Virus record (IMG/VR): IMGVR_UViG_3300006149_000007
DNA: 64,000 nucleotides
Origin: a virus
Strand: one strand, 5' to 3'
Shown one piece after another: positions 37,703-45,906 of the stretch. Made by a program: the position numbers and the translations under genes. How positions within the stretch are numbered: position 1 is the first letter of the stretch; the number at the start of each line of letters is the position of its first letter. The notes beneath the pieces were generated by a model, which did not search any database, was not told the origin of the DNA, and worked only from the letters and a program-made list of their open reading frames with translations.

Positions 37703-38077
37703 TTAAATAAGATTAACAAAGTGATCGCTTTTAGAATCTTGATATTTGCTATAACTGTCACATTTCCAGTAAGCACGTTTTTTACCATAATTGTGCCATA
37801 CAATAAATTTAATTCCATATTCTCCATCAAGTAACAATTCTGTCTTCTTTGCTGCTATTTTTAAATATTCTTCATGGCTTACTTCAAGCTTCTCAACCAT
37901 CTCGGCTTCTTCTTTAGCTTCCTGCCATGCCATTTTTAAACATTCACCAAAAACCGCTTTTTCCTCTCTTTTAAGATTGCGAGATCTGCTCTCGATAACG
38001 GAAATCATATTTTTTGTTTTCAAATCAATATCTTTTTTAATTTCCCATGCTCTTTTCATAATTTCACTTCTTGTCAT
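37703..38077 (-). CDS. hypothetical helical protein upstream of the nucleotidyltransferase
   Basis: ATG lies 9 nt after AGGAGG (MTRSEIMKRAWEIKK...LKMAWQEAKEE). Confidence 0.5.
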   Translation of the reverse strand: MTRSEIMKRAWEIKKDIDLKTKNMISVIESRSRNLKREEKAVFGECLKMAWQEAKEEAEMVEKLEVSHEEYLKIAAKKTELLLDGEYGIKFIVWHNYGKKRAYWKCDSYSKYQDSKSDHFVNLI

Positions 38078-38234
38078 AACTTTATGCCTCCTGAGTTTGT
38101 TTTTGTTTCTTTCTATAATTATAATATCACTTTTATAAGAAATAGTCAAGCTTTTTTATAACTTTTTTAAGAAATATTTTCCGTTGACTTTTTTAGCTTG
38201 ATATTGTATAGTAGATATTAAAAGGAGGGATAGC

Positions 38235-38468
38235 ATGATTAAGTATAAAATAAATATAGCGGACGCTTTGGAACGTGCGGGATTTAACACATACAAAGCA
38301 AAGACGACCAAGCTATTAAGTCAAGATACGCTAAAAAAAATAAAATGCGAAGATACTAATATATCATTAGAGAGTATCAATCGAATTTGTATGATTTTAG
38401 ATATGCAACCAAAAGACCTAATAGAGTATGTAGAAAATGAGGAAGAAAAAAAGAAATATAAATTTTGA
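38235..38468 (+). CDS. HTH DNA-binding protein (XRE/HTH_26-like)
   Basis: Divergent from the minus-strand operon. LLSQDTLKKIKCEDTNISLESINRICMILDMQPKDLIEY. Confidence 0.6.
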   Translation: MIKYKINIADALERAGFNTYKAKTTKLLSQDTLKKIKCEDTNISLESINRICMILDMQPKDLIEYVENEEEKKKYKF

Positions 38469-38585
38469 AAATATCTCTTTACAAAGTGATAAAAGTATGA
38501 TATTATATAATTGTCCAAAGGGAACAGAGGACAATAACCGACAAGGCAGAGGGCAAGTGAAACCTCAAGGAGAAAGGAGAAAATC

Positions 38586-38771
38586 ATGGAAGATATGACA
38601 GAACAGGAAGTTAAACAAAGCCTTATAGACAATTACATTAATCTGTTAAGGATTAAGGCATCAGAAACAGCAACAAACAAAGAACTGAATATCCAGCTTG
38701 AAGTTGCAAAGATAAAATTATCCTCATACAGCATTGATACAGCGGGAATTGAAAAGATGATTTTGGGATAA
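38586..38771 (+). CDS. hypothetical small protein
   Basis: 61-aa ORF preceded by an AAGGAGAAAGGAG SD. Confidence 0.45.
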   Translation: MEDMTEQEVKQSLIDNYINLLRIKASETATNKELNIQLEVAKIKLSSYSIDTAGIEKMILG

Positions 38772-38890
38772 CAGAATAAGTGTTCACAGAAAGGGCGGGC
38801 TTGCCACCGCCCCAACTGTAAAACAGATTATAGCAGATTGTGGAATATAAATCAAATAAATTTTGGAAAGGCGGCTGGAAGGTGAGAATT

Positions 38891-39121
38891 ATGAAAACAT
38901 TATCTTATATTTACGGAACAGAGCAGGAAATCGAAATTGGGGCAGAATTGTATTTTGGGCAATTATGGGATGGAAACGGCGACGGCGAGGAATTGCTGAA
39001 CAGCGGTGAGATTGCTGTCTGGGACGAAGAAACGGAAACTGACAACATTGTCAGTTTCGAGATTATCGAACCGAGCGAGGACATTTTAAATGCCCTTGTA
39101 AGGGTAACGGATTTATATTAA
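38891..39121 (+). CDS. hypothetical acidic protein
   Basis: ATG follows GGAAGGTGAG (MKTLSYIYGTEQEIE...). Confidence 0.45.
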   Translation: MKTLSYIYGTEQEIEIGAELYFGQLWDGNGDGEELLNSGEIAVWDEETETDNIVSFEIIEPSEDILNALVRVTDLY

Positions 39122-39144
39122 GGCGCATTTTGCGCCTTTTTTTG
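39120..39144 (+). terminator. rho-independent terminator
   Basis: AAGGCGC-atttt-GCGCCTT followed by TTTTTT. Confidence 0.7.
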
Positions 39145-39161
39145 AATGAAAGGAGATAATT

Positions 39162-39872
39162 ATGGCATATATAAGAGCAAAGGACCGGATTGGCACAATG
39201 GTTAATGGGTTTTATATACAGGACATAAAAAGAGAGAATAATAAAACGTTTGCATATATAAAGTGTCCTTATTGCAAAAAGCAAAAATGGACAAGACTGG
39301 ATGATGTTGCAGCCGGAAAAGTTGTATCTTGTGGTTGCTATAACGCAGAAAATAACTACAAGAAACCTATAGATATAAAAGACAAGATTTTTAATTATCT
39401 AAAAGCATTGGAGCCAACGAAAGACAGGGATAAGTCCAACGGCTCTATTATTTGGAAATGCAAGTGTAAGTGTGGAAATATTGTTTTTATTTCCGCAGCA
39501 GACTTGGTAGAAAAAAGAGTACAGAGTTGCGGATGTCTTGCTGTGGAAGTACATTCTAAAAGCGGGAAAATTGCAGGAAAAAGTGTTGTGGAAAACTTTT
39601 GTGTAGAAGGCACAAATATTAAAAATTTAACTGCAAAAATCTCAAAAAATAATACATCTGGAATAAAAGGTGTAACATGGGATAAAGCGCGGCGAAAATG
39701 GCTCGCACAAATCGAATTTAAAGGGAAAAATTACAACCTTGGTCGATTCGATAAAAAAGAAGACGCTGCGGAGATAAGAAAAATAGCAGAAGAAAATTTG
39801 TTCGGAGATTTTTTACAATGGTTCGCAGAAAGTTTTCCGGAACGCTGGAATAAAATAAATAAAAATAATTAA
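39162..39872 (+). CDS. zinc-ribbon-repeat protein with a C-terminal AP2 DNA-binding domain (paralog 3)
   Basis: Two C.C..C..SCGC modules, then SGIKGVTWDKARRKWLAQIEFKGKNYNLGRFDKKEDAAEIRKIAEE (AP2). Confidence 0.65.
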   Translation: MAYIRAKDRIGTMVNGFYIQDIKRENNKTFAYIKCPYCKKQKWTRLDDVAAGKVVSCGCYNAENNYKKPIDIKDKIFNYLKALEPTKDRDKSNGSIIWKCKCKCGNIVFISAADLVEKRVQSCGCLAVEVHSKSGKIAGKSVVENFCVEGTNIKNLTAKISKNNTSGIKGVTWDKARRKWLAQIEFKGKNYNLGRFDKKEDAAEIRKIAEENLFGDFLQWFAESFPERWNKINKNN

Positions 39873-39919
39873 AAAGCAATACATTTGCAAAGTTATACTT
39901 TTTTGATATAATATTATTG

Positions 39920-39991
39920 TTAATAGTAATGCATGGCGTGTTGCAATAATAACATATAAAGATTTTTTTTAATTAATAGTAGTGCATGGCG
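39920..39991 (+). repeat. 19-nt direct repeat TTAATAGTA(A/G)TGCATGGCG x2
   Basis: Copies at 39920-39938 and 39973-39991. They are followed by dense TATAATATAC, ATACAGTA and TATAGTATA repeats up to about 40210. Confidence 0.7.
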
Positions 39992-40229
39992 CATTTGTAA
40001 ATTTCTTTTAAAAAAATATGCTTGACAGTTTCCGGAAGTTGTGTTATTTTATCTAATTTTTATAATATACTTAAATACTGTATATAATATTATAATATAC
40101 TAAGAGATATACTATATTTATTGTAATTAATATCTATACAGTAAAACATAGCATAGTGTATAGTATAAGCCAATACAGTATAGTATACACATATACAGAT
40201 TATAGAATATACGTTCTTTAAATACACAG

Positions 40230-40258
40230 TTGACAGATAAATAAATCCATGGTATAGT
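40230..40258 (+). promoter_or_regulatory. sigma-A promoter with extended -10 (TTGACA, 17 nt, TGgTATAGT)
   Basis: Read directly from the sequence. It lies about 60 nt upstream of a strong terminator hairpin. Confidence 0.55.
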
Positions 40259-40316
40259 TTAAATAATTTAACAGATTTACTTAATTTTTAGGATGGAATT
40301 GTAGAGGGAAACTTGG

Positions 40317-40367
40317 AACCCGGATTGTCTAGTCGCTTACTAGGCTTTCCGGGTTATTTTTATTTTT
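40317..40367 (+). terminator. strong rho-independent terminator 8-20 nt upstream of the terS-like start
   Basis: AACCCGGA..(CTAGT..ACTAG)..TCCGGGTT followed by ATTTTTATTTTT. Confidence 0.7.
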
Positions 40368-40389
40368 AGGCAGATTGGAGGTGTGGGAC

Positions 40390-41019
40390 GTGGAGAAAGT
40401 GCAGGAACAGAAGCAAGAGGTATTTGAAAACGATATAGCGTTATATCTCAAAATGTTTTGTGAGGAACAGAAGATTGAGGATATGCGGACGGCTTCACAA
40501 AGCGTCTGGAATGCCGCGTTGATGTATATCAAACGCCATGTATTTAGTGATAGTAGTATATTAAAGCTATCTACACCTTTAGAGGGTTATGTAAATAATA
40601 ATTATACTACAGATAATAATATATATAAATTAAATAACAGTAACTGTAATGCTTATGATATAGATAAGCTAAATGGTATCTGTGATTATTATATATATAT
40701 CTGCATGATGTATGATAAAGAGGTATCTGTTATAGGGTTTAGTAATTTGACTGGTGTGAGTGATACTGTAATATACGAGTGGGGAGCAGATGACAGCAGA
40801 AAGCTAAGCTCTGCGGGTTCGGCTATATACAAAAAACTTAACCAATACCGGGAGGAAAGCCTATCAAACAAACTCGTAACGGGTAGGCAAAACCCTGTGG
40901 GCGTGTTGGGTGTGCTGAATCGGCATTATGCCTGGAATATGCCGGGCGTTAGGGAGGATAAGAACAGTAAGAGGGTTATATCTGCCGAAGAGCCTATCAG
41001 ATTGGATGTTAGAGATTAA
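40390..41019 (+). CDS. terminase small subunit-like (gp3/HTH-type) DNA-binding protein
   Basis: GTG lies 6 nt after GGAGGTG; an alternative TTG is at 40375. IGFSNLTGVSDTVIYEWG...ESLSNKLVTGRQNPVGVLGVLNRHYAW resembles the DNA-packaging gp3 family. Confidence 0.45.
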   Translation: MEKVQEQKQEVFENDIALYLKMFCEEQKIEDMRTASQSVWNAALMYIKRHVFSDSSILKLSTPLEGYVNNNYTTDNNIYKLNNSNCNAYDIDKLNGICDYYIYICMMYDKEVSVIGFSNLTGVSDTVIYEWGADDSRKLSSAGSAIYKKLNQYREESLSNKLVTGRQNPVGVLGVLNRHYAWNMPGVREDKNSKRVISAEEPIRLDVRD

Positions 41020-41390
41020 TAATTAAATTGCAACAAATAAATTGTGTAAAAATTTAATACAATTATCTCAGTGCAAAGCCTTAAAATCATTTAAATTTTT
41101 TACACACAATTATATACAATTTAAAAACCGCATAAAATCAACGTTTTTAATAAATAAAAGCTATTTATTTATCGGTTAAGGATTGATTTAACCGATAGAA
41201 TAGCTTAATTGTCAGAATATTCATAAAAATAGAAACAATAGGGTGGGGGTTATATAGAACACGTGTTCTATATATACTTAGTCCCTTGAACTCCCGTAAA
41301 AATAAAAAACCCCTTTATATACTAGTCTTAAAAATTTTTTAAAAATAAAAAGGCTATATATATTATATATTTCATACATAATTAGAACTA

Positions 41391-41615
41391 GTGACGGTTT
41401 TTCTTCGGATGGCAGACAGGTGCATTTGTCAGTAAAGACATACAAAATCCTATGCAGTCCTCATAAACATAAATTGGACGGTGGATAGTTGATGTAGTGG
41501 GCCAACGCAGGATTAACAGTCATCTTCGCGAGTGTACGGTTCGAATTCGTGCCTATCTATGCGGTGTAGTAGCACTACACTAGACAGGAGTAAGGCGGTC
41601 ACTGCCCTGTCGAAT
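41391..41615 (+). ncRNA. candidate structured RNA containing a tRNA-like module (class unknown)
   Basis: A GC-richer island in an AT-rich spacer. T-arm TACGG-TTCGAAT-TCGTG, acceptor-like GGATAG/CTATCT pairing and D-loop AGTGGGCCA (41483-41558). Hairpins GTGTAGT-agc-ACTACAC and GACAGG..CCTGTC. No anticodon stem. Confidence 0.4.
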
Positions 41616-41686
41616 CAAAAATAATGCTGGCAGGAACATTCTTTCTGCCAGATAAACCGCAAAATGAAGTTAGGAGGGATTTTGAT

Positions 41687-41881
41687 ATGAAATGTTGTAG
41701 ATGTGGCGATAGTCCAGAAAGTGGAAAAAGTTTTATTCCGATTGATGCGGCAGGAGCGCCGAACAGAAGATGGTGCTGCACGCAGTGTGCTAATTTGGTT
41801 GAAAGACAGCAAGCGAAAAACGCACTCGGAAAAGAGGGAATGGAAATATCAAGAATGATTGACTCTAAATTTTTGAAATAA
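41687..41881 (+). CDS. small zinc-ribbon protein
   Basis: ATG lies 8 nt after TAGGAGGG. MKCCRCGD...WCCTQC. Confidence 0.5.
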   Translation: MKCCRCGDSPESGKSFIPIDAAGAPNRRWCCTQCANLVERQQAKNALGKEGMEISRMIDSKFLK

Positions 41882-41991
41882 CCTCATAAAAGCCATTTTA
41901 ACGCTGTACCATATATTTCCTCACAAAAACACAAAAGAGGACGATTTGGGGCAAATAGGAGTGTTAGGGAGGTATTGAAAGGAGAAATTAC

Positions 41992-42564
41992 ATGAAGAAA
42001 ATTCCAACACTGTTTGAAAGAGTATATGAAAATCACAAAGTCGTTGACTGTCTGCCGAATGTAACCACAGGAATGGAATGGGTACTTGAGGGAGAGGGCG
42101 TTGCAACGGTCAAAATTGACGGTTCGTGCTGCTCAATCATCAATGGCGAGTTTTATAAGCGTTATGATGCTAAAAAGGGGCGTAAAGTTCCAGATGGTGC
42201 TATTAAGTGTCAAGATGAACCAGACCCGATTACGGGGCATCTGCCTTGTTGGGTAAAATGTGACAGGGATAACCCGTCTGATAAGTGGTTTTGGGCGGCT
42301 TATGATTGCGCAATGATTGATTGTTTGAGCAAATTACAAGACGGAACATATGAAGCTATTGGAAAGCATTTTCGCAACAATTCCTACAACATGGATTATG
42401 ATGTGCTTGTACCACATGGCAGACAGGAAGTAGAGGTTGAACGTACATTTGAGGGCATAAAGAAGTATCTTTCAGAAAATTACATTGAAGGCATTGTTTT
42501 CTGGAAAGATGGACAACCTCAATGCAAGATAAAGAGGTCGGATTTTAGATTTGACTGGAAATAG
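41992..42564 (+). CDS. ATP-dependent RNA/DNA ligase-family protein (second copy; resembles the RLIG1/DUF5565 type)
   Basis: KIPTLFER N-terminus and motif I KIDGSC. IEGIVFWK lies near the C-terminus. Confidence 0.65.
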   Translation: MKKIPTLFERVYENHKVVDCLPNVTTGMEWVLEGEGVATVKIDGSCCSIINGEFYKRYDAKKGRKVPDGAIKCQDEPDPITGHLPCWVKCDRDNPSDKWFWAAYDCAMIDCLSKLQDGTYEAIGKHFRNNSYNMDYDVLVPHGRQEVEVERTFEGIKKYLSENYIEGIVFWKDGQPQCKIKRSDFRFDWK

Positions 42565-42570
42565 TTTCAA

Positions 42571-42642
42571 GGCGATATAGCCAAACGGTCAAGGCGGCAG
42601 TCTGCAAAACTGCTATTATCAGTTCGATTCTGATTATCGCCT
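42571..42642 (+). tRNA. tRNA-Cys (anticodon GCA)
   Basis: Acceptor GGCGATA/TATCGCC. Anticodon arm GCAGT-CTGCAAA-ACTGC. T-arm ATCAG-TTCGATT-CTGAT. D-loop has GG. The discriminator is U, as expected for Cys. No CCA is encoded. Confidence 0.9.
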
Positions 42643-42747
42643 TTATAACGGACTAGACAAAGCTAGTCGAAAAGCAAAAAACTCCGTAACTTGCCTGTCC
42701 GTTATTCAAATAAATTTACGGAGAGAAAGCATTGCGGAGGTGCGAAT

Positions 42748-43782
42748 ATGGATTTTAGAAGCTTATTTATAGACAAAGATAAAATTGTAATGGCAAATAT
42801 GGAACTGGGAGTTGCACTCAACAGCCTTGACGAAGCAATAGTGCTTAATCAGTTAAATTACTGGATTGAACGCAATAAAGACGCAAATAGGAATTTCCGA
42901 GACGGTCATTACTGGGTATATAATTCATACGAAGCGTGGAAAAAACAAGATTTCCCTGTTTGGTCTGCAACAAAGATTAAACGGATATTTACAAGCCTTG
43001 AGGGGAAGGGGATTGTTTTATCTGCAAATTACAATAAACTTGCCATTGATAAAACAAAGTGGTACACGATTGATTATGACAAATTAAAAAAGTTTATTGA
43101 AGAATACTCGAAAGGTCAAAATGAAACACCGACAGACCAAGATGAAATATCGAAAGACGCTGATGACCAACCGATAGACCAAAATGACCAGACGTTAGAC
43201 CAAAGTGAAAGAGCATTACCAGATACTAACTACAGAGATTATTCTACAGAGAATACTAACAGAGATTTACATACAGATACTACAAAGGATAAAACATTAT
43301 CTAACGATAATGGAGAGGTAAAAACATCTTCTTCTGAAAACCGAAAGAAGATGTCCGTACCAAAAACCGCCTTAGAAAAATATTTCGGCAAAAAAGCAGA
43401 TGAACAGGACATGATGAAGCGGCTTGCCGATATCTGCATATCCAACTATGACGAGGAAACCGCAAAAGATATATTTGAAACCATAGAGCATTATTTTAGG
43501 CGATATACTGACAAGACGGGGCTGATACACCCAATACTGAAAGATGAAACTCTTATACGCATAACAGAGAAAATGGATTGCTTTTATGATAGCGAATATT
43601 CACATTTTGAACGCCTGATAGGACAAGACCATGCTTTTATGAAAATGGTTGACATGTTCTTTGACGGAGATTTTGGGGCGGTTAAGGGAAACGAAACGAA
43701 TTATCATCTCCCTGCATTTATGACAGACGGAGTTTTGAATCGATTAGGGCAAAGGTTGTTTGAGTTAGGGGAGGTAGAGTGA
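42748..43782 (+). CDS. second replication initiator / replisome-organizer-like wHTH protein
   Basis: ATG follows GCGGAGGTG. LNQLNYWIERN...HYWVYNSYEAWKKQDFPVWSATKIKRIFTSLEGKGIV. The gene contains internal DQ-coding iterons. Confidence 0.55.
   Translation: MDFRSLFIDKDKIVMANMELGVALNSLDEAIVLNQLNYWIERNKDANRNFRDGHYWVYNSYEAWKKQDFPVWSATKIKRIFTSLEGKGIVLSANYNKLAIDKTKWYTIDYDKLKKFIEEYSKGQNETPTDQDEISKDADDQPIDQNDQTLDQSERALPDTNYRDYSTENTNRDLHTDTTKDKTLSNDNGEVKTSSSENRKKMSVPKTALEKYFGKKADEQDMMKRLADICISNYDEETAKDIFETIEHYFRRYTDKTGLIHPILKDETLIRITEKMDCFYDSEYSHFERLIGQDHAFMKMVDMFFDGDFGAVKGNETNYHLPAFMTDGVLNRLGQRLFELGEVE
43131..43205 (+). repeat. Iteron-like (T/C)AGACCAA(A/G) / TGACCA repeats inside the second initiator gene
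   Basis: cAGACCAAg, aTGACCAAc, TAGACCAAA, aTGACCAGa, TAGACCAAA. Confidence 0.55.
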
Positions 43783-43783
43783 T

Positions 43784-44308
43784 ATGGCTTACAGAAGTCC
43801 AGAAGAACAAGTAAGTAAAAAATTACGAGAAAAGATTTTGAAAAGGGATAATTACACTTGCAAATATTGTAGGAAGAAATTTCCTGCTGAAGATTTACAG
43901 ATAGACCATATCAGACCTGTTTGTTTAGGCGGCGATAACAGAGAAAGCAACTTAACAACTGCTTGCTGGAAGTGTAATAACGAAAAGGGAACAAATTTAA
44001 TGCCGGAATTAGAAACGGAAGAAAACAAGAGAGATTTTGACGAGAGATACAGACAAAAAGTAAAAAATTATGGATATTATACGAATTACATCAAGAAAGT
44101 ATTTGTTTCAAGCGGTGTGGACTGCCTTATGTTGTCAAGACCGCAAATTAATAGATATGTTAAAGCAAATATAAAAAACGATGAAGATTTTGAAAATTTC
44201 AAAATAAAGTTGAAAGAAATCGGAGCAGGTGGAATGAAAAAGGAATTTCTTAGATTTTTTGCAAGCGAGAGCAGAAAAAGGCTGAATAGTAGGAAAAAAT
44301 CGGTATAG
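43784..44308 (+). CDS. HNH endonuclease
   Basis: CKYCRKKF...DHIRPVCLGGDNRESNLTTACWKCNNEKG. Confidence 0.8.
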   Translation: MAYRSPEEQVSKKLREKILKRDNYTCKYCRKKFPAEDLQIDHIRPVCLGGDNRESNLTTACWKCNNEKGTNLMPELETEENKRDFDERYRQKVKNYGYYTNYIKKVFVSSGVDCLMLSRPQINRYVKANIKNDEDFENFKIKLKEIGAGGMKKEFLRFFASESRKRLNSRKKSV

Positions 44309-44402
44309 AAATGACGGAGAGATTGTATTGAGTTTCCCACACTTTATGTCTGACACGATACGAGGAAATTTAGCAAATAGGCTTTGGAAGTAGGGAGGTA
44401 GT

Positions 44403-44636
44403 ATGATGTGTGAATTTTGTAAAGATATATGCAAACTTAAAAGAATAGATAATCAGCATTTCAAAGGCTATTACCCAAAAGAAAATATAACACAGATTGT
44501 TCAGGACAAAGACGGAAAATTCCATATATGGTTTGATGGATTCGGAAATTGTTTTCAATGCGGAATAGACATTGAGGATATTAAGTTTTGTCCAAAATGC
44601 GGCAGGAATTTGACGGAGGTATCAACCCATGACTAA
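44403..44636 (+). CDS. zinc-ribbon protein
   Basis: CEFC...CFQCG...CPKCG. A GGGAGG SD precedes the start. Confidence 0.5.
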   Translation: MMCEFCKDICKLKRIDNQHFKGYYPKENITQIVQDKDGKFHIWFDGFGNCFQCGIDIEDIKFCPKCGRNLTEVSTHD

Positions 44637-44681
44637 AACCGAACTACTCTCAACCTACACAGCGGAAAGGAAAATAAAGCC

Positions 44682-45407
44682 ATGAACATATCAGACATTC
44701 AGAAATGCCAAGAGGAATACGAGAAAGTTTTGAAAGAAAGCCCTCTTAATGGAACAATAGATAAAATCTGCAAAGATATTCTTGAACAGAAAAATAATGC
44801 TATGGCAATGGAATTTACAAGGATAATCTCCGACTTGCTGAAAAGATACGGTGTGTATTTGCATTGCACGGAAACCAAATTTGGACGGAAGATAACCACA
44901 AATTCCATTGAAGAAAAATATGGGATTGTATTTGACAGCATGGACTTCTCACAACATGACAAAGAATTTACGGATAAAATCGAAGAATTACAATCCGAAG
45001 TCAATCACTACCGCAAATCCTTTGAGGACGCAAAGAAAGAGCGTGACTGCCAGATTGCGGAGTATCAGAACAGAACCGAAAAGGATAAAACAGAACTAGA
45101 AAGAGCCAAAAACACCATAAACCAGATTGATAATATTCTGGAAAAGTTATTCGGTGTTCGGCATGATGTTGGAAAGCCAGATGAATTTGAAAAGATTTTG
45201 GCTGATAGAGCAAAAGGCAATGCTTCTGATTTTCTACCGGCAGAACCTATAAAAGTTGCGGATATGTTGATAAACGTAATGTGTGAGCCGTGTGCAAGCG
45301 TATTATCGTTTGGAAAGCCATATAGCATGTATGATATGTCAGAGTTAAGACAGATTGCGGAACATTTGCTTGTGTATTGCAATCATAACGAGGAGGTAGG
45401 AGAATGA
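44682..45407 (+). CDS. hypothetical protein
   Basis: 241-aa ORF with a coiled-coil centre. Confidence 0.5.
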   Translation: MNISDIQKCQEEYEKVLKESPLNGTIDKICKDILEQKNNAMAMEFTRIISDLLKRYGVYLHCTETKFGRKITTNSIEEKYGIVFDSMDFSQHDKEFTDKIEELQSEVNHYRKSFEDAKKERDCQIAEYQNRTEKDKTELERAKNTINQIDNILEKLFGVRHDVGKPDEFEKILADRAKGNASDFLPAEPIKVADMLINVMCEPCASVLSFGKPYSMYDMSELRQIAEHLLVYCNHNEEVGE

Positions 45408-45598
45408 GTTTATCAACAGTAATTCAGAGCATAGAGCGAGAAATGTTTGACAGGGCGACAAAAAGAAACTGCGGAAACTGTAAATGGTGGGCAGATAATG
45501 AAGTTTGTGTAAATGGGGATTCAGAACAGGTTGCGGATTTTACAGACAAAGACTTTTCTTGCGACCACCACGAATTTAAGGAGAGTGAAGAAGCATGA
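45404..45598 (+). CDS. hypothetical small Cys-containing protein
   Basis: 64-aa ORF whose start overlaps the previous stop. Confidence 0.45.
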   Translation: MSLSTVIQSIEREMFDRATKRNCGNCKWWADNEVCVNGDSEQVADFTDKDFSCDHHEFKESEEA

Positions 45599-45741
45599 GT
45601 AAACGAGAATTAAAACTTCATCTTGAAGAAAAATTAGAGGAAATTAGCGAAATCTTAGACAAAGGAAACGACTGCGAACTCCGCGCATCTCCTAATGGCG
45701 TGGCTGTCATTAAGGTCAAAAAGGAGGTTGTGTCAAAATGA
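45595..45741 (+). CDS. hypothetical small protein (48 aa)
   Basis: The ATG overlaps the previous stop (MSKRELKLHLEEKLEEISEILDKGNDCELR...). Confidence 0.35.
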   Translation: MSKRELKLHLEEKLEEISEILDKGNDCELRASPNGVAVIKVKKEVVSK

Positions 45742-45899
45742 TTATTGTAAATTGTCCACATTGTGGAAAACAACATGTGTTACTGCCTGATGAAATTGAA
45801 AGATTGTTTAGGGGAGGAAAAGTGGTAATTACAGAATGTTCATGCGGTCATATGTATACTGTTGAACAGGGAGACGATTGCTATTTTACAAGTAAGTGA
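45738..45899 (+). CDS. small zinc-ribbon protein (53 aa)
   Basis: MIIVNCPHCGKQH...ECSCGH. An AAGGAGG SD lies upstream. Confidence 0.4.
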   Translation: MIIVNCPHCGKQHVLLPDEIERLFRGGKVVITECSCGHMYTVEQGDDCYFTSK

Positions 45900-45906
45900 G
45901 GTATAT

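Noticed and set aside
41483-41558. A genuine tRNA gene in the 41.5-kb structured island
   Set aside because: A T-arm, an acceptor-like stem and a D-loop can be drawn. However, every 5-7-5 window between positions 26 and 52 of the candidate fails to form an anticodon stem, and the T-stem needs two G.U pairs. It is kept only as a tRNA-like RNA or remnant.
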